This document shows, one piece after another, positions 39,181 to 49,695 of a stretch of 64,000 bases of DNA. This stretch comes from a candidate division WWE3 bacterium. Lineage in GTDB: Bacteria; Patescibacteriota; WWE3; UBA101185; UBA10185. The stretch is taken from positions 25,586-89,585 of the forward strand of contig JAAZNV010000007.1 in assembly GCA_012798115.1 (NCBI GenBank), in the 5' to 3' direction. Position numbers and translations under genes: made by a program. The notes under the pieces are model-generated. The model was not told where the DNA came from, ran no database searches, and saw only the letters and a list, made by a program, of their open reading frames with translations. Numbering within the stretch: position 1 is the stretch's first letter; every line of letters starts with the position of its first letter.

Positions 39181-40980
39181 TTACCATAAATTAAGGGACT
39201 TGGTCAAATACATTTCTTCAACCTTAAGAACAACCTCTTCCAGTGGTTTAGAACCAAGATTTTCTTCGGTTCTAAGTCTAACACTAACTTCATTCTTTTC
39301 AACTTCTTTATCCCCGACAATAAGCATATAAGGGATCTTTTTCACTTGAGCATCTCTTATCTTAGATTGCATAGTTTCTGCCTTGTCATTTACTTCTACT
39401 CTTATATGTTTAGCCTTTAAGGCTTCCTTTACTCTTTGTGCATATTTTTCATGTTTATCACCAATAGGAATAATTTCTACTTGTATTGGACATAACCACA
39501 CAGGAAGATTTCCAGAAAAATGCTCCATCAAAAAACCAATAAATCTTTCATTAGATCCAAGAGGAGCTCTGTGTTGAACAATAACTGGTTTTTCTTTTCC
39601 ATCTTTATCTATGTAAGTAAGACCAAATCTTTCTGGGCTATACAAATCTATTTGATTTGTTGATATTCCGTACTCCGTACCTATTGCAGACTTAATTTTA
39701 AAGTCCATTTTTGGCCCATAATGAGCTGCTCCTTCGTTTACTACAGTATATTTGATTCCAGACTTATCCAATGCTTCCCTTGTTATTTTCTCAGCTTTCT
39801 GCCACATTTCTTCATTTCCATGGTATTTATTCATCTTTGTTGGATCCCTGAGGTTTAGTTCAATGTGATAATTATTCAGTCCTAGCATGTCGTAGTAATA
39901 TTTATGAAGATTAACTATCTCAACAAATACATCAATAGCTTGCTCTTTTGAACAATAAACATGAGCATCATTTTGACAAAATATTCTTGGTCGAAGTATT
40001 CCGTTTATTGCTCCTCTGTTTTCATATCTTGCTACAGTTCCGTATTCAGCAATCTTAAGTGGGAGCTCCTTGTATGTTCTAGGTTTTGATTTAAATACCA
40101 TATGATGAAAAGGACAATTCATTGGTTTTATGAAATATTCATCTTCCTGCTCACCAGGAACTGTTACTTTATACATTTCATCCTCAAAGTAAGGAACATG
40201 GCCAGATAACTCAAATATTTTCCTTTTAGCCATAAAAGGACTGGATACTCTAACATAACCCCATTTTTCTTCTGTTTCCTTACCCCATCTTTCAAGTTCT
40301 TCTCTAATTATCATTCCATTTGGAAGCCATATTGGAAGTCCAGGTCCAACCTCTTCAAATAGCGCAAATACTTCAAGGTTCTTATTTATATTCCTATGAT
40401 CTCTTTTCTTTTGTTCTTCAAGGATATTTAAATACTCATCAAGACCTTCTTTGGAATCAAAGGCTGTAGCATATATTCTTGTTAGCATCTTGTTTTGTTC
40501 TGATCCTCTCCAATATGCACCAGCCACACTTAATAGCTTAAATGCTTTTACATCACTTGTTCTTGCTACATGGTTTCCTGCACATAAGTCTATGTCGTAG
40601 TATTTACTTCCTTTTTCCCCTATTTCACATACGGTTGCCTTCTCTTTGTTTTTTTCTAAATCTTCTATCATTTCCCATTTATATGGATTGTCTTGAAATA
40701 TTTCTTTTAGTTCTTTGTATGATGCTTCTCTAACTACAATTGCTAAGTTAGCATCAACAATGTCTTGCATTTTTTGTTCTATACTTAAGAAATCTTCTTC
40801 TGTTATCTTTCCGTTGTAGTCAAAATCTCCATAAAACCCACTTTCAATAGGAGGCCCCATTACTTTTTTTGCTCCTTGAAATAAATCTTCTACTGCCATG
40901 TGCATTATATGTTCAGCACTATGTCTTAAAGCAAATAATGGGTCATTTTTTATTTTTTCTATTACTTTTTGTTTTTTCAT
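39181..40980 (-). CDS. thrS: Threonine--tRNA ligase (no TGS domain)
   Basis: LRHSAEH, DLCAGNH, KPMNCPFH, QNDAH, YGPKMDF, HRAPLGS.ERF. Confidence 0.97.
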   Translation of the reverse strand: MKKQKVIEKIKNDPLFALRHSAEHIMHMAVEDLFQGAKKVMGPPIESGFYGDFDYNGKITEEDFLSIEQKMQDIVDANLAIVVREASYKELKEIFQDNPYKWEMIEDLEKNKEKATVCEIGEKGSKYYDIDLCAGNHVARTSDVKAFKLLSVAGAYWRGSEQNKMLTRIYATAFDSKEGLDEYLNILEEQKKRDHRNINKNLEVFALFEEVGPGLPIWLPNGMIIREELERWGKETEEKWGYVRVSSPFMAKRKIFELSGHVPYFEDEMYKVTVPGEQEDEYFIKPMNCPFHHMVFKSKPRTYKELPLKIAEYGTVARYENRGAINGILRPRIFCQNDAHVYCSKEQAIDVFVEIVNLHKYYYDMLGLNNYHIELNLRDPTKMNKYHGNEEMWQKAEKITREALDKSGIKYTVVNEGAAHYGPKMDFKIKSAIGTEYGISTNQIDLYSPERFGLTYIDKDGKEKPVIVQHRAPLGSNERFIGFLMEHFSGNLPVWLCPIQVEIIPIGDKHEKYAQRVKEALKAKHIRVEVNDKAETMQSKIRDAQVKKIPYMLIVGDKEVEKNEVSVRLRTEENLGSKPLEEVVLKVEEMYLTKSLNLW

Positions 40981-41166
40981 ATTTACCTACCTTCAATTAT
41001 AACTGAAATTTATTTATGTAAAAGGAAATTAAGGATATAAGGATAGACTAAAGTATGTCCCCCGAAGGGGTTGTAATTGTAGCTCTAAAAATAGATTTAA
41101 GTATAAGTCCCATCTGTTTCTTTTTACTTCAATATGAAGTTACTGTCAATGGGATATAATCACATT

Positions 41167-41850
41167 ATGATCTTAAATGTATACAAGGAAAAAGGCTGGA
41201 CTAGTTTTGATGTTGTAGCTAAGGTAAGGGGGTTGCTTGGTAAAAAAAGGAAAGTGGGACATACTGGAACCTTAGATCCTTTGGCAGAAGGTGTATTGAT
41301 TGTTCTTACAGATGAAGATACAAGAAGACAAAATGAGTTTATGAATTTAAGAAAAGAATACAAAGCTGTTATAGCTTTTGGGTTAGCCACCCCGTCTTAT
41401 GACTTAGAATTTTTACCAGTCGTTAGTGATGAACAATTAAGTTTGGATGAGGTTTTAAGGTTGTTGAAGGATACGTTACCAAAATATATTGGAGAGCTAA
41501 ATCAAGTGGTTCCTAGTTACTCTGCTGTAAAAGTTAACGGAAAAAGATTGTACAAGGAAGCAAGAAAAGGAAATATTAATAAAAAAGATCTTCCCGTTAA
41601 GAGAGTTAGTATTTATGATCTACATATCTTAAATAGTAGTAATGAGAAAATTAAAACTAATGAAGGTATTGTAAATTTTCCTGCGGTAACAATAAAGATA
41701 GTGTGTTCTTCTGGGACATATGTTAGGTCACTCGCTAATGATTTAGGAGAAGAATTAAAAGTTAAAGCTGTGTTGGTTAGCTTAATTAGAACAAAAGTTG
41801 GTAATTTTAATGTTTCTGATTCCAAAAAAATCACCGAGTTAAAAATATAG
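41167..41850 (+). CDS. truB: tRNA pseudouridine(55) synthase
   Basis: KVGHTGTLDPLAEG, PSYSAVKVNGKRLY, SSGTYVRSL. Confidence 0.96.
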   Translation: MILNVYKEKGWTSFDVVAKVRGLLGKKRKVGHTGTLDPLAEGVLIVLTDEDTRRQNEFMNLRKEYKAVIAFGLATPSYDLEFLPVVSDEQLSLDEVLRLLKDTLPKYIGELNQVVPSYSAVKVNGKRLYKEARKGNINKKDLPVKRVSIYDLHILNSSNEKIKTNEGIVNFPAVTIKIVCSSGTYVRSLANDLGEELKVKAVLVSLIRTKVGNFNVSDSKKITELKI

Positions 41851-41879
41851 CTCGGTGAATTAACTTACTTAATACTTAT

Positions 41880-42257
41880 TCATTTGTGTTCTGCGTTCAT
41901 TGCTTCTTCTTTTGTAGCATGAATAGTTCCATCTGGATGATTTGCTGGGCTGTATATTGTATAAAGTTTTAAGTCTTCTGTTTCTGATGTGTTTATTACA
42001 TTATGTTCTGTTCCTGCTGGGACAACTATTGCAAAGCCCTCTGAGAAGTTATACTCAACCCCATTCATAACCACTTTTCCTTGTCCTTTATCAATTCTAA
42101 AGAATTGATCTACACTTGGGTGCACTTCCATACCAATATCTTCCATTGGTTTTAGGCTCATAACAACAAGTTGACTATGTTCATTTGTTGCTAAGACCTT
42201 TCTAAAATTTGTATTTTCTAATGTTATCTTTTCTATGTTGTCTACAAATAATGACAT
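41880..42257 (-). CDS. Cupin-domain protein
   Basis: IGMEVH..DQFF..G.G; VPAGTEHNVIN; LYTIYSP. Confidence 0.9.
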   Translation of the reverse strand: MSLFVDNIEKITLENTNFRKVLATNEHSQLVVMSLKPMEDIGMEVHPSVDQFFRIDKGQGKVVMNGVEYNFSEGFAIVVPAGTEHNVINTSETEDLKLYTIYSPANHPDGTIHATKEEAMNAEHK

Positions 42258-42307
42258 ACAATTCCTTTCTTAATTAAATAATTACGTAACTAATATTAAT
42301 TAAATTA

Positions 42308-42856
42308 TTATTCCTTGCAACAATCAACTGCTTTCTTAATTATTTGTCCTAACTTATCAAATACACTGCCCCCTGCTTTAATTTTGGGGTTTTGTTCTTC
42401 TGATACATATTGCACATCGTTGTTCTCTTCTACTTTAATATCACTTGTTTTTACTAGATCTAAGTTTAATCCCCAAAACAAATTATAAAGCTCATATGAT
42501 TTTTTAAATAACTCTTTTGCTTCTTCTTTGTCTCCTTTTCCTAAAGATTTAGTGCCCACTTCCATAAGTCTCATTGAAGCTGAAAGTAAGTGTTTGCTAA
42601 TACACCAAACTTCTCCATCTGGGTTTTTAATGATCTTTTTTAGCAGTTCCTTTCTCATTTCTCTAACTTTATTTAATATATCAAGATATTGTGAGTCATT
42701 TGTTTTACCTGCAGTAAAAAACAAGTGTTCTTCTATTGAGATTAAGTTCATTATGGCTATAGATAAGTCTTCTCCAGATGATAAATCTAGCTTTTCTCCT
42801 TTTTCCAGCTTTTTAATATTATTTATTAGTTTTTGAATTTCTTCTTGTTCGTTCAT
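42308..42856 (-). CDS. Conserved hypothetical helical protein (MNLISIEEH, WCISKH, C-terminal CC)
   Basis: Long ORF in an operon with two CxxC proteins. Confidence 0.65.
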   Translation of the reverse strand: MNEQEEIQKLINNIKKLEKGEKLDLSSGEDLSIAIMNLISIEEHLFFTAGKTNDSQYLDILNKVREMRKELLKKIIKNPDGEVWCISKHLLSASMRLMEVGTKSLGKGDKEEAKELFKKSYELYNLFWGLNLDLVKTSDIKVEENNDVQYVSEEQNPKIKAGGSVFDKLGQIIKKAVDCCKE

Positions 42857-42868
42857 ACTTAAAGTTTA

Positions 42869-43372
42869 TCAGGTTAGTAAGTAAAAGGTAAAACTTGCTA
42901 AGGTTAAAAAAAGTACAGGTAAAATTACCTTTTGATAATAAATATATACTTCTCCATGATTAGTTTTTCTTAAACTTTTATCCAAGTAGATAGATATAAT
43001 AAAGGTGATTAATCCAGCAACTATTCCTAAAACAATCTTATCCACCCCCCAAAGTGTGTTTGTTGGGTTACCTATTATTTTTTTAATATACATAGGAATT
43101 ATTGTTAGTAACAAGAAAGACACTGTTGATAAAGCTTCTGGATATGGTATTTTCCATTTCTTCTTTTGAATTATGTCTGCAAACCAAAATGCTGAAGCAA
43201 TAACTAACCCCCCAATCCAAACTCCTGTTATTGTGTCATCAATTCCTAGGTATCTGCTTACTCCAAGTCCTGCCCCTACTGCAACAATACATATTGGACA
43301 AACTGCAAAGGATTTAATTGTTGTTAAAGTAATCGTTGAAAAGAATATTATTAATGATAATAGTAAATTCAT
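42869..43372 (-). CDS. Membrane protein with N-terminal CPxC motif
   Basis: AVCPICIVAV followed by several TM helices. Confidence 0.65.
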   Translation of the reverse strand: MNLLLSLIIFFSTITLTTIKSFAVCPICIVAVGAGLGVSRYLGIDDTITGVWIGGLVIASAFWFADIIQKKKWKIPYPEALSTVSFLLLTIIPMYIKKIIGNPTNTLWGVDKIVLGIVAGLITFIISIYLDKSLRKTNHGEVYIYYQKVILPVLFLTLASFTFYLLT

Positions 43373-43373
43373 A

Positions 43374-43799
43374 TTATTGAGTTGGTGTTGAGGATGACTC
43401 TATTACCTCTAAACCTGCTTTTTCAGATAACAACCTTTTAATGTCAGGTTCTCCTATTAAACATTTTCCTTCAAAGTAAACAAAAGGAACACCTATATCT
43501 GATGATTTAATATTACACTTCTCTGCCACTTTAGAAAGAACTATGGAATTTGATTGGTTGTTATAAACTTCTTTTTTAACGATGATAATCTTTTCTTCTA
43601 TCTTATTATTGTCAATAAAATCTTCAAGGTCTTTACATCTAGGACATGTATTTCCATAGAAGTACACAACGTTTTTGGATGAAAGTACTTCGTCAAGGGA
43701 TTTGGTTAGCCCTTTTGTTCTATTGCTTTCAAGAACGATAATTCCAAGAAGGATTCCAATAGTTAAAAGTATAAATAATGTTATTGTTTTTTTGTTCAT
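43374..43799 (-). CDS. Membrane-anchored thioredoxin/glutaredoxin-like protein
   Basis: YFYGNTCPRC; GVPF cis-Pro loop. Confidence 0.8.
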   Translation of the reverse strand: MNKKTITLFILLTIGILLGIIVLESNRTKGLTKSLDEVLSSKNVVYFYGNTCPRCKDLEDFIDNNKIEEKIIIVKKEVYNNQSNSIVLSKVAEKCNIKSSDIGVPFVYFEGKCLIGEPDIKRLLSEKAGLEVIESSSTPTQ

Positions 43800-43851
43800 A
43801 GTTGTAACTATAAATATTTACCCTATTTCTTGGAATAAATCAACATGAGTT

Positions 43852-43928
43852 TGGTGGGCGGTACAGGAATCGAACCTATGACCTCCACAATGTCAATGTG
43901 GCGCTCTAACCAACTGAGCTAACCGCCC
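43852..43928 (-). tRNA. tRNA-Val(GAC)
   Basis: GGGCGGTTAGCTCAG...CCACA-TTGACAT-TGTGG...GTTCGATTC...CCGCCCACCA. Confidence 0.97.
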
Positions 43929-43958
43929 TTAAGATAAGCCCTTAAGATAAAAGTTAGA

Positions 43959-44561
43959 TTACTTCTTCTTTGGGTCCATTACCTTGTCTATTATCCCATA
44001 CTTGATGGATTCATTTGCATCCATCCAATAATCTCTGTCTATATCAGTCTTAACCTTATCTAGTTTCTGTCCAGTTTCTTTTGCAATGGTTTCTGCATAT
44101 TGATCTCTAAGCTTTAACATATGCTTTGCTGTTATTTCAACATCGCTTGCTTGACCTTCTATTCCTCCAATTACTTGGTGGATCATAGTATGAGATCCAG
44201 GAAGAGCATACCTTTTACCTTTTGTTCCAGCAGATAATATTAAAGCCCCTGCAGATGCAGCAAGTCCTACATTTATCGTTACTACATTATTCTTAATGTG
44301 CTTAATAGTATCGTACATGGCTACTCCTGCATATACTTCCCCTCCAGGTGAGTTAATATAAACACTAATATCCTTGTCTGGATTTTGGCTCTCTAAAAAA
44401 AGCATTTGAGCAATAAATGTATTTGCTACCCCCATATCAATAGGTCCAGTAACAAAAACGATAAAATCTTTTAACAACCTGGAATAAATATCATAAGATC
44501 TTTCCATTCCGTTTTGGTCTTTTTCTATAACTATTGGCACTAAGGTGTTATTTATGCTCAT
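43959..44561 (-). CDS. clpP: ATP-dependent Clp protease proteolytic subunit
   Basis: ERSYDIYSRLL, YINSPGG, AASAG, MIHQ, DIDRD. Confidence 0.96.
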   Translation of the reverse strand: MSINNTLVPIVIEKDQNGMERSYDIYSRLLKDFIVFVTGPIDMGVANTFIAQMLFLESQNPDKDISVYINSPGGEVYAGVAMYDTIKHIKNNVVTINVGLAASAGALILSAGTKGKRYALPGSHTMIHQVIGGIEGQASDVEITAKHMLKLRDQYAETIAKETGQKLDKVKTDIDRDYWMDANESIKYGIIDKVMDPKKK

Positions 44562-45450
44562 GGTGTTTTTCTCCTTCAGTTTCTTCAATTAACTTATTTA
44601 TAAGCTTATTCTTTTGAATAATAGTTTTAATGTAAAGCTTTTGCATAGGGTCATTCAAACTTTCACCAATATTATTATCCCCTACTGCATTTATCATATC
44701 ATCAATTTCTTTATCAGTAACCTCAATACTTTCTTCCTTGATTAAATGAGATAATACAAATTCTGCTTTAATGTTCCTTTTTGACATTTCATCATAGTCT
44801 TTTCTTAACGATTCAGCAGTTTTGTTTTGAGCTTTAAGATAGTTTTCTACAGACAAATTTATGGATCTTAATTGGTCCATGAGTCTTGCCATTACCCTGT
44901 CTGTTTCTTCTTCAATTAACATATCTGCTATTTCAACATCACTTTCTTTAAGAAGCACATCTATTACTTCATTTGCTCCCATATGAACATGAGATTCTTC
45001 TATTTTTTCGCCTTTTTTAAGCTTTTCTAACTTCTCTTTATCATTCTTTTCTGTTTTATCTTTGTAATAGTCTTTTAATGCTTTTTTATAATCTTTTATC
45101 TTTACTTCTGGCCTTACAGCAAAAACAGCTGAAAACTCAAAGTCTTTTTCTAAATCAAATTCTTTTATTTCCACCTTAGGATTTGATACTGGCATTAGCA
45201 AATTTTCTTTTAATGCTTGTGGGTAGTATGTTTGAAGTAAATCGTTTATTGCATCTCCATAAAGACTTGATACCCCAAGTTTGTCTTTTACCATTTCTTT
45301 AGGTGCTGCTCCTTTTCTAAAGCCTTCTATCTCAGTGTTTTTAACTGCTTCAGTGAGGATTTTTTCATATGATTCCTTTACTTTTTCTTTTTCTAAAGTA
45401 ACTGTTAATTTTATAGTAGATTTTGGTTGTTTTTCTATTTGTGTTTTCAT
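44548..45450 (-). CDS. tig: Trigger factor (short, PPIase domain absent)
   Basis: IEGFRKGAAP ribosome-binding motif; upstream of clpP; only 300 aa. Confidence 0.88.
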   Translation of the reverse strand: MKTQIEKQPKSTIKLTVTLEKEKVKESYEKILTEAVKNTEIEGFRKGAAPKEMVKDKLGVSSLYGDAINDLLQTYYPQALKENLLMPVSNPKVEIKEFDLEKDFEFSAVFAVRPEVKIKDYKKALKDYYKDKTEKNDKEKLEKLKKGEKIEESHVHMGANEVIDVLLKESDVEIADMLIEEETDRVMARLMDQLRSINLSVENYLKAQNKTAESLRKDYDEMSKRNIKAEFVLSHLIKEESIEVTDKEIDDMINAVGDNNIGESLNDPMQKLYIKTIIQKNKLINKLIEETEGEKHHEHK

Positions 45451-45457
45451 AGCTTAG

Positions 45458-46564
45458 TTATTTTATCACACCTGATCCTATACAAAGATCACCTAAGTAA
45501 AAAACAGCAAACTGACCTGGTGTTACTGAAGTTTGTAGTGATTTAAAAAGTAGATTATAACTTCCATCTTTCTTATAAATCAAAGTAGCTTTAGAAGCTT
45601 TAGCTTGATATCTAATTTTTACATTAACATCTAACTTTTTTTTGTATAACTTATTATTTGAGAGACAAACATTAATTAATTCAACTTTCTTGGTTTGTAA
45701 GTCGCTTAAATTTTTTGAAACAACCAAAACATTCCTTTTAATATCTTTAAAAGCTACAAAATAAGGACCTCCTGAAAGACCAATACCTTTTCTTTGACCT
45801 ATTGTGTAATGCTGAAGACCTATATGAGCTCCTAATATCTTTCCCTTTGTATCTATAATATTTCCTTTCTTTCCTCCTACTTCCTTTTCTAAAAAGTTAC
45901 TCATTGAATCCTCAGATACAAAGCAAAAATCTTGTGATTGAGCTAGTTTCAAGTAAAAATCTAAGTTTTCTTCTTCAGCTATTCTATAAACTTCTTCCTT
46001 GGTAAAGTCTTCAAGAGGAAACATTATTCTTTCTAAATATTCTTGAGGTAATAAGCTTAAGTAGTAGGTCTGATCCTTCTTTTTATCCTTTGGCAGTGAA
46101 ATAAAATAACTTTTATACTTTTTACTAAACACTGTTTTTGCATAGTGCCCTGTTGCTACATATTTTATTCCTTGAGAATTTGCATAGTTTATTAGTTCTT
46201 TGAACTTTGTTTCTTTATTACATATCATACAAGGGTTAGGAGTTTGGGATCTTCTTAAAGTATCTATAAAGTAGCTAATAACTGTGTCTTGAAATTGTTT
46301 TGAAATATCTAAGGTTACATGTTTACAGCCATATTTCTTGCAAATCTTTTTAGCAGTTAAGATTGATTCAGTACTACAGCATATATTTTCCTTTTGTTTG
46401 TTGGATTTATCTTGCCATACACAGTATTTAAGAGAAACTCCAATAGGATTCCAACCATTTTTCTTTAAGAGGATAAGAGCTATTGATGAATCTACTCCTC
46501 CAGACATACCAACCACAATCTTCTTTCCGTTTCCTTTGGTTATTCCTTTTGGTTTTCCATCCAT
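45458..46564 (-). CDS. mnmA: tRNA 2-thiouridylase MnmA (CxxC+C type)
   Basis: MSGGVDSS, TPNPCMICN, ATGHYA, KDQTY, SQDFCF, YTIGQRKG. Confidence 0.96.
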   Translation of the reverse strand: MDGKPKGITKGNGKKIVVGMSGGVDSSIALILLKKNGWNPIGVSLKYCVWQDKSNKQKENICCSTESILTAKKICKKYGCKHVTLDISKQFQDTVISYFIDTLRRSQTPNPCMICNKETKFKELINYANSQGIKYVATGHYAKTVFSKKYKSYFISLPKDKKKDQTYYLSLLPQEYLERIMFPLEDFTKEEVYRIAEEENLDFYLKLAQSQDFCFVSEDSMSNFLEKEVGGKKGNIIDTKGKILGAHIGLQHYTIGQRKGIGLSGGPYFVAFKDIKRNVLVVSKNLSDLQTKKVELINVCLSNNKLYKKKLDVNVKIRYQAKASKATLIYKKDGSYNLLFKSLQTSVTPGQFAVFYLGDLCIGSGVIK

Positions 46565-47022
46565 TCTTCATACCTTTCTTCAAGCTCTTCGTTGTGTCTA
46601 ACAATAGATTCGTGTTTCTTTTCTAAATCCTTTGGTGTTGGTTTGTTTGATTTCTTAAGGTAATCGTATATAGCTTCAGCTAAAGCTTCTGTTGCAAGTA
46701 CAGAACAATGTATTTTTATAGGAGGAAGACCATCTAGGGATTCAATGATTTCATCATTCGTGACTTTTAAAGCTTCCTCTATTGTTTTGCCTTTTACCAT
46801 TTCTGTGATTGCACTACTTGTTGCAATGGCTGCTACACATCCAAACGTTTGAAACTTAACGTTGGTAATCACTTCTTTTCCTTTGATGTTTTCTACTTTG
46901 ATGTATAAATACATCATATCTCCACAAGCAAGGTTTCCTACTTTACCTATGCCATCAGCATTTTTTATTTTGCCTAGGTTTCTTGGTTTATGAAAATATT
47001 TTAATACTTTATCTGTGTACAT
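46540..47022 (-). CDS. iscU: Fe-S cluster scaffold IscU/NifU-N
   Basis: GNLACGD, FQTFGCVAAIA, LPPIKIHCS. Confidence 0.95.
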   Translation of the reverse strand: MYTDKVLKYFHKPRNLGKIKNADGIGKVGNLACGDMMYLYIKVENIKGKEVITNVKFQTFGCVAAIATSSAITEMVKGKTIEEALKVTNDEIIESLDGLPPIKIHCSVLATEALAEAIYDYLKKSNKPTPKDLEKKHESIVRHNEELEERYEEWMENQKE

Positions 47023-47038
47023 AATTAGCTTATATTAT

Positions 47039-48223
47039 CTAGCAATTTTTTAAATTCATAGGACTAATTACTCTCAACTTTTTTACTGCTTTAGGAAGTA
47101 TTTCTAATAAGTACTCAATGTCTTTGTCTTTAGTAAACCTTCCTAAACTTATTCTTATTGTTCCTTGAGCTTCTTTTTTTTCTATTCCACATGCAAGAAG
47201 AACGTGAGAAGACTCGAGTTTTGGGGATGAGCATGCAGATGCTGTTGATACTTCTATTCCTTTGTCATCCAGCTCCATCATTAATGCTTCCCCTTCTATA
47301 AAGTCAAACCTTAAATTAATGTTATTTGATAATCTTTTGACAGGGTGTCCATTTAAGTATGATTGTGGTATTTTCTTAAGTATTGTTTTTATTACCTTAT
47401 TTCTAAGTTTGATCAGTCTTTTATCTTCTGTTTTCATTTCTTTAATACAAATATCAAGAGCTTTAGCAAATCCAACAATGGCTGGGACGTTTACTGTTGA
47501 AGATCTTTTTCCTCTTTCATGTCCTCCACCATGAATTAGTGGTTCTATATTTACTCCATTTCTAACATATAAAAGAGCTGCTCCTTTGGGTCCATATATT
47601 TTATGAGAAGATGCTGTAAGTAAATCTACGTTTAGTTTTTCTACGTCAAGGTTCATTTTTCCAAAGCTTTGTGAAGCGTCTGTATGAAGTAATATGCCTC
47701 TTTCTTTGCATAATCTGCCAATTTCTTCTATTGGCTCTATTGTTCCAATTTCATTGTTTGAATGCATTACTGATACAAGAATAGTGTCTTTATTCATTAA
47801 CTTTTTTAATTCGTTAATATTTACTACCCCATCCTTATTAACAGATATGTACTTTATTTCAAAACCTTGAGATTCTAGCCATTTTGCACTGTTTAATACG
47901 CAATCATGCTCTATAGAAGATACTATTATTCTTTTTCCCTTAGCTTTATTTGCAAAGGCTATTCCTTTTAAGGCCCAGTTGTTACTTTCTGTGGCAGAAG
48001 ATGTGAAGTAAATTTCATTTGGTGAGCATTTTAAGTACTTAGACATTATATTTCTAGATTTTTCTAGTGCTTTATTTGCTTCTACACCCATAGAATGAAT
48101 AGAAGATGAGTTTCCATAATTTTTGTTAAAGTATGGTAGCATGCATGTAATTACAGCCTTATCTACGGGAGTTGTAGCTGCATAGTCTAAATATATTCTT
48201 TTAGAAGTCTTTTTTGTTTTCAT
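47039..48223 (-). CDS. iscS: Cysteine desulfurase
   Basis: YLDYAATTP, SSHKIYGPKG, STASACSS. Confidence 0.95.
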   Translation of the reverse strand: MKTKKTSKRIYLDYAATTPVDKAVITCMLPYFNKNYGNSSSIHSMGVEANKALEKSRNIMSKYLKCSPNEIYFTSSATESNNWALKGIAFANKAKGKRIIVSSIEHDCVLNSAKWLESQGFEIKYISVNKDGVVNINELKKLMNKDTILVSVMHSNNEIGTIEPIEEIGRLCKERGILLHTDASQSFGKMNLDVEKLNVDLLTASSHKIYGPKGAALLYVRNGVNIEPLIHGGGHERGKRSSTVNVPAIVGFAKALDICIKEMKTEDKRLIKLRNKVIKTILKKIPQSYLNGHPVKRLSNNINLRFDFIEGEALMMELDDKGIEVSTASACSSPKLESSHVLLACGIEKKEAQGTIRISLGRFTKDKDIEYLLEILPKAVKKLRVISPMNLKNC

Positions 48224-48277
48224 ATCGAGGATATTGTATCACAGTATGAAGCTTTTGAGATTTATTAGCTGCCTTGA

Positions 48278-49567
48278 TTAGGTTAGAAGATCTTTTATTT
48301 CTTTTGTTTTTATATTACCTACTGCGTAGAGGTACATATTATCTTTTGTGAGGTACTTTTGAGCAACTTTGTTTATTGTTTTTGTATCTATATTACTAAC
48401 ATCATTTAAGAAGTCGTTAAAGTAATAATTATCGCTTTTTATTAATAATTGCCTATAAAAATGACCCCCGACCCATGATTGTGCGGTTTGCGTTGAAATA
48501 ATGCTTGAGTTGATTATTTTATTTTTGATAACAAAAAGGTCCTCATCCTTTACTCCATTTTGAAGCAGATCATTAAGTGTTTCTGTTATTATGTTTATTA
48601 CTTGATTTAGATTTTCCTTCTTTGTTGTTGCTTCAATAGACAGGTAACCTGAATCTGAAAAGTAGTTGCTTTTTGCAAGAACTGAATACAGCAAGTTGTT
48701 TTGGTATCTAAGCGTATTTTTTAATAGGGATGCTCTTCCCTCGCCTAGATACGTAGTCAATAATTTGAGAGCTAGTACATCTTTTGACCCTAAATTGCAT
48801 GTTGGGAACGCAAGGGAGCAGTGTACTAGTTTTTGACCTGGAACTTCGGTTGATCCATATCTTACTGTTTGGTAGCTACTGACTTTGTAAGAGTTACTTA
48901 TGTACTCTTTGCACGGAACGCTGCTGTCAAAAGATCTTATAAGTTCTTCAATATCACAATCTCCACAGGAGATTATAGTTGTGTTGTTGGGTGTAACCTC
49001 CTTAAGATGCTTATCAATATCCCTTTTACTTATAGATTCGACAGACTTCTTATATCCTGATACGTTTCTGGCGAGTGGATTATCTCCATAAATTAAAGAT
49101 CTTATTCCATTGGCTAGCAGTCTTTTTTTATTATCCATTCTTTCTGATATTTCATCCTGAACTACCTTTTTCTCACGTTCTATTTTTTCTTCTGATAGCG
49201 TAGGTTTTTCAAGTATTTGATGTGTAATTTCTCCTACTAGTGGTATATGTTCTTTTTTTGCAATTAGAAAATTGAAACATGTGTATTCGGTTGCAGTAGT
49301 TGCAGAGTAGGAACCACCAATATTATATATTGCTAATGACAGCTCTCTTTTGCTAGGAAATTTTTCTGTTCCACTTAATACTATGTGCTCTACAAAATGA
49401 GCTAATCCCTCTTTTCCTTCTGGATCAAATCTAGAGCCACTTCTTGAGCACACTTTAATAGAAATTGGGGAGTTACTTCTTTTGAAATGAACAAACTTTA
49501 TCATACCCTTTTCATTCCTATTTTGAAGTGTGACTTGAAAGTCTTGTAGTGTTATAAGTTTTTTCAT
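48278..49567 (-). CDS. M16 (pitrilysin-family) zinc peptidase, second copy
   Basis: GSRFDP..GLAHFVEH. Confidence 0.9.
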   Translation of the reverse strand: MKKLITLQDFQVTLQNRNEKGMIKFVHFKRSNSPISIKVCSRSGSRFDPEGKEGLAHFVEHIVLSGTEKFPSKRELSLAIYNIGGSYSATTATEYTCFNFLIAKKEHIPLVGEITHQILEKPTLSEEKIEREKKVVQDEISERMDNKKRLLANGIRSLIYGDNPLARNVSGYKKSVESISKRDIDKHLKEVTPNNTTIISCGDCDIEELIRSFDSSVPCKEYISNSYKVSSYQTVRYGSTEVPGQKLVHCSLAFPTCNLGSKDVLALKLLTTYLGEGRASLLKNTLRYQNNLLYSVLAKSNYFSDSGYLSIEATTKKENLNQVINIITETLNDLLQNGVKDEDLFVIKNKIINSSIISTQTAQSWVGGHFYRQLLIKSDNYYFNDFLNDVSNIDTKTINKVAQKYLTKDNMYLYAVGNIKTKEIKDLLT

Positions 49568-49695
49568 TGCTATCACAAGTATATTACTAAATCGGTATCA
49601 ATATAAGTTAATTATTTCTGTAAAAAGCAAAGTGCGTTTGTCAAAGAGATACTCACTATTTGCTAAAATGTATGGATATCTTTTTAGGGTGCAAA

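Noticed and set aside
40981-41133. Possible T-box or leader upstream of thrS
   Set aside because: No UGGNACC box or stem I; only a small CCCC-GAA-GGGG hairpin.
43925-43950. 13-bp tandem duplication GCCCTTAAGATAA at the tRNA-Val 5' end
   Set aside because: Only two copies and at the 5' side; likely slippage rather than an att site or array.
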